Assembly (NCBI RefSeq): GCF_006345805.1
Contig: NC_043007.1
Coordinates: 60,946,001 to 61,010,000, forward strand
Direction: 5' to 3'
DNA: 64,000 bases
From: Octopus sinensis
Taxonomy: Eukaryota
Position numbers and translations under genes: made by a program. Below are positions 61,018 through 64,000 of this stretch, one piece after another. The stretch's first letter is position 1, and the number at the start of each line of letters is the position of its first letter. Under the pieces are notes generated by a model. It was not told where the DNA came from, searched no databases, and was given only the letters and a program-made list of their open reading frames with translations.

Positions 61018-61018
61018 T

Positions 61019-61075
<57 letters not shown>
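61018..61075. repeat. (TA)n microsatellite
   Basis: Read directly. Confidence 0.95.
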
Positions 61076-61096
<21 letters not shown>

Positions 61097-61258
61097 ATAC
61101 ACAAATGCATATAAATATATTTATATATGAATCTATGAGTTTGATAAGCTCAATGCAAAACACACTCATTTCTTCAGTCTGATATTTAACTTTAAACATA
61201 AAGTATATTTGTTCTTATATTTTGTGTTTCTCTTGCTTGTTTCGTGTGTATGTGTGTA

Positions 61259-61297
<39 letters not shown>

Positions 61298-61522
61298 CCT
61301 TTACAACATTTTCTATCAATAGACATTGACACCTGTTCTGTCTATTTGATATTTTCTTCATTATTTATGAATTACAGAATGCCATTTAAATATGACGCAT
61401 TTATCTTACTATATCTTTAAGGTATTTCACATGCTGTTTCAGTATCCAGCGCATATCACTAGAATATGAAATTGGGACTAGACTATATCTACCTTGTTTT
61501 TCTATATTCTTTTAACATCTAG

Positions 61523-61687
61523 GGTGAAATGGCTCATGGAAGAATCTTAAGTTTGCTACTTCAAATTGAAAAGAATGTCATGTTTAAGGCCATAAAATCA
61601 ACAGATGTGTTATTGAATTCAAGAAATGTTTTAAGGCGTCAGCTTTTCATGTCATCTCCAGTTTACTTGGCTAAAAGGAAGAAAAAA
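61523..61687 (+). CDS. First coding exon of a + strand gene, probable mitochondrial protein
   Basis: ttttaacatctag|GGTGAA ATG (61529)...AAG AAA AAA|gtaagt. Reads MAHGRILSLLLQIEKNVMFKAIKSTDVLLNSRNVLRRQLFMSSPVYLAKRKKK: basic, few acidic residues, RR.LF.SS cleavage-like motif. Confidence 0.7.
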
Positions 61688-62512
61688 GTAAGTCATTCTT
61701 CATGAATTTGTTTTAAAAGATTGTCCTTGTCTATTGTTTTTTATTACTTTGTATCCATTAAATGGTTTTCCAAATACTTAATTCTCTTTGAGTGAAATAA
61801 TGACAGGGTGGCTTCTAACCCACTGCAGGGAGTTTCTAGACAGAATGTTGTATTCCACATTGTCTCAGTCTATCTATCAGTTATTAATCAGACCTGGAAA
61901 CAGATTTGTAGTTTTATTGTGTTGATTACTTATGATTATAGGCCTTTTGCTATTAAAAGGTCAACACATTGATTCTATTTCTTGTGCCAGAGCATAGAAT
62001 AAATGAATATTTATTTGGACATGTTTTAAGTAGATCTCCACATCAGAAGAAATAAGGGCCTTGCCATAACTCTACTTCATCTCATGGCACTACAGCATAC
62101 ATTATCATGGTCATGTGTATTGGATAAACCAGAAAAGAAAAACATTTAACAAACTTCAATTACTTTAATTACTAGAGGTAATTTTACCTCTTTGGTAACC
62201 ATATTTTGTATTATGTATTTGATCTAATAATATGTAATTTGAAATGTGATTTCAGTTAACAATAACTGAATGTACACCTTTCAAAATAATTATGAACCTG
62301 CATTTACATATAAACACATTAAAGCATTAATTATAAACATAAAATTTGCTTCATTTAGAATCACTGTCTACAATTACCCACACACATACACAGACACATG
62401 TAATGAAAATTTGCATTTAAATGAGTTGCTTTATAGAATTTAAAAAATACACAGTTGAAGTTTTTTTGCACTTATACCAGTGTAAACAATCTTAAAACTG
62501 ATGTATAAGCAT

Positions 62513-63175
62513 AGGCACAGCTGTGTGGTAAGGAGTTTACTTCATAACCACATAGTTCTGAGTTCAGTCCCACTGCATGGCACCTCGGGCAATTTTGATT
62601 TGGTAGACAGAAACTGAAAGAAGCTTGTATACATATATATCTGTGTGTGTGTATGTTCATGTCTGTGTTTGTCTTCCACCGCCACTTGACAACCAGTGTT
62701 GGTGTGTTTATGCTGCTGCAACACACTTTGAAAGATCAGTTACAGAGACTGCAGCTTGCCAAATTGAATGGATGCTAGTAAATCAGTATAGAATTCAGCA
62801 GCACACATCCTGTCACTGCTTGGTGTTCATTGCCAAGACACCAAATTCTCAATACTAAAGTCCACCTAGTTCAGAACAGATACATTGAAGTCCAAGTGAT
62901 GAGTGATTCTAGGGTTTCAATACTGATTGACATTTCTCCTAGGGTAAAAGTTACTTGTAATAGATCAGCATCCATCCATAAACATAGATACTCCTACTTC
63001 CTAGATCCTTGAAATTTCAAAGAAAGAGTTTCATCCTAGCGGTTTGGCAAAAGAGACTGATAGTACCCAGCTTTAAAAATTAATAAGTACTGGGGTCAAT
63101 TCATTTGACTTTAATGTTCTTCAACATGGTGCCCCAGCATGCCCACAGTCTGAGACTGAAACAAGTAAAAGATAC
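62513..63175 (+). mobile_element. SINE family B copy interrupted by ~300 bp of other sequence
   Basis: Head to ...ccagtgttggtgtgttta at 62513-62710; resumes ...tagcggtttggcaaaagagac...gactgaaacaagtaaaaga at 63035-63175. Confidence 0.75.
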
Positions 63176-63432
63176 TGTAACCTGAACTCTAGAATAATAC
63201 TGGTGCTTCATTTTGTATTTTATTTACGATGATTAAAGTTGAATTTGAATTACTAAAGAATATGTAAAAACATTGCATCAAAGAAGTATCACATTGTTGT
63301 ACCAATCACATCTTCTGCTCAGTTATCAAAAGTGTCATGTATCATGCACTCCACTAGACTAAGTTTGATCATGACTTCCAATAATGTTAGAATAATTTTA
63401 ACTCCTAAAAGGTAGCTGACCTACTGAAGTAT

Positions 63433-63647
63433 TTAATCCTTTAACATTCCGATTACTCCGTCAAATGTAATGCTTTTTTATTCAAATTGTTTTGAATTAA
63501 TCATTCATTATCTTATAGCTTTGAGGTTTCAATGATGTGATTGTTTATTTTTAGAATGTCAGTGAGAGGCTAGTTATGGCCAGTGTGAAAGCAAAACATG
63601 TAGAATATTTGGGCTGGATATGGTCAGTTTGAATATTAAAAGGCTAA
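63433..63647. mobile_element. TTAA-type MITE family (related copies near 14850-15040 and 20270/20995-21150)
   Basis: ttaatcctttaacattc...gaatattaaaaggctaa termini; shared internal aaatgtaatgc and gatgtgattgtttattttt. Confidence 0.65.
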
Positions 63648-64000
63648 ATGTATGGCAAAATAAGTGGTGTCTTCATCACTCAATTTTTTTGTTCTTAGTA
63701 TAGGTCAGTTGAATGACACAAAAACTCTGTGAACATACTTTTCTTATGCAACTATTTTCAGCATGGTTTCCTTTGTTTATAATCTCAGTTATTCAAACAT
63801 ATTACTCTTTGCTTGTCTCATTTAGATAAATGGGTGCCAATTCAATAATATGATTTTATAACATACATAATATTTGTAATTGCTAATGCTATAAATAGTA
63901 ATAAAAAATAATGTTAAAATCTAACAGAATGCGCATGCTCTTTAGTTCTATTGCTTATAATAATTCTAAATTCTCTTGATAGCGGGATCCAGTTCGTTTT

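Noticed and set aside
62730-63035. CR1/L2-like RT fragment inside the interrupted SINE
   Set aside because: Too short and decayed to assign from sequence alone.

Overview
AT-rich, repeat-dense animal genomic DNA. The SINE/LINE repertoire and (ATG)n-tailed RTE elements point to an octopus (inference from repeat recognition, not searched). Three host genes are supported. (1) A + strand EF-hand protein of the sarcoplasmic calcium-binding protein (SCP)/calexcitin family with an uninterrupted CDS (10481-11107). (2) A - strand gene, largely missed by the ORF track, that I reconstructed by hand from 11 phase-compatible exons (41711 down to 15267; 467 aa, N-terminus unresolved). It encodes an orphan bHLH domain with an atypical basic region (HRENERVRH) and a C-terminal segment resembling HMG-box helix 3, an architecture reminiscent of MEIOSIN/STRA8. 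(3) The first coding exon of a + strand gene with a mitochondrial-presequence-like N-terminus (61523-61687). The rest is transposon-derived: RTE (one young copy with a 754-aa RT ORF), Tx1/L1, CR1, CRE- and R4-type endonuclease remnants, Penelope-like elements (PLEs), mariners, MITEs and three SINE families. The most striking non-coding signal is five hammerhead-ribozyme (HHR) motifs, all on the - strand. They include a fully canonical one at 1825-1918 and one inside a tRNA-headed, TSD-flanked insertion with an inverted tail (7625-7902). A 26-bp tandem array abuts a head-to-head Penelope pair. No CRISPR, rRNA or genuine tRNA gene is supported.
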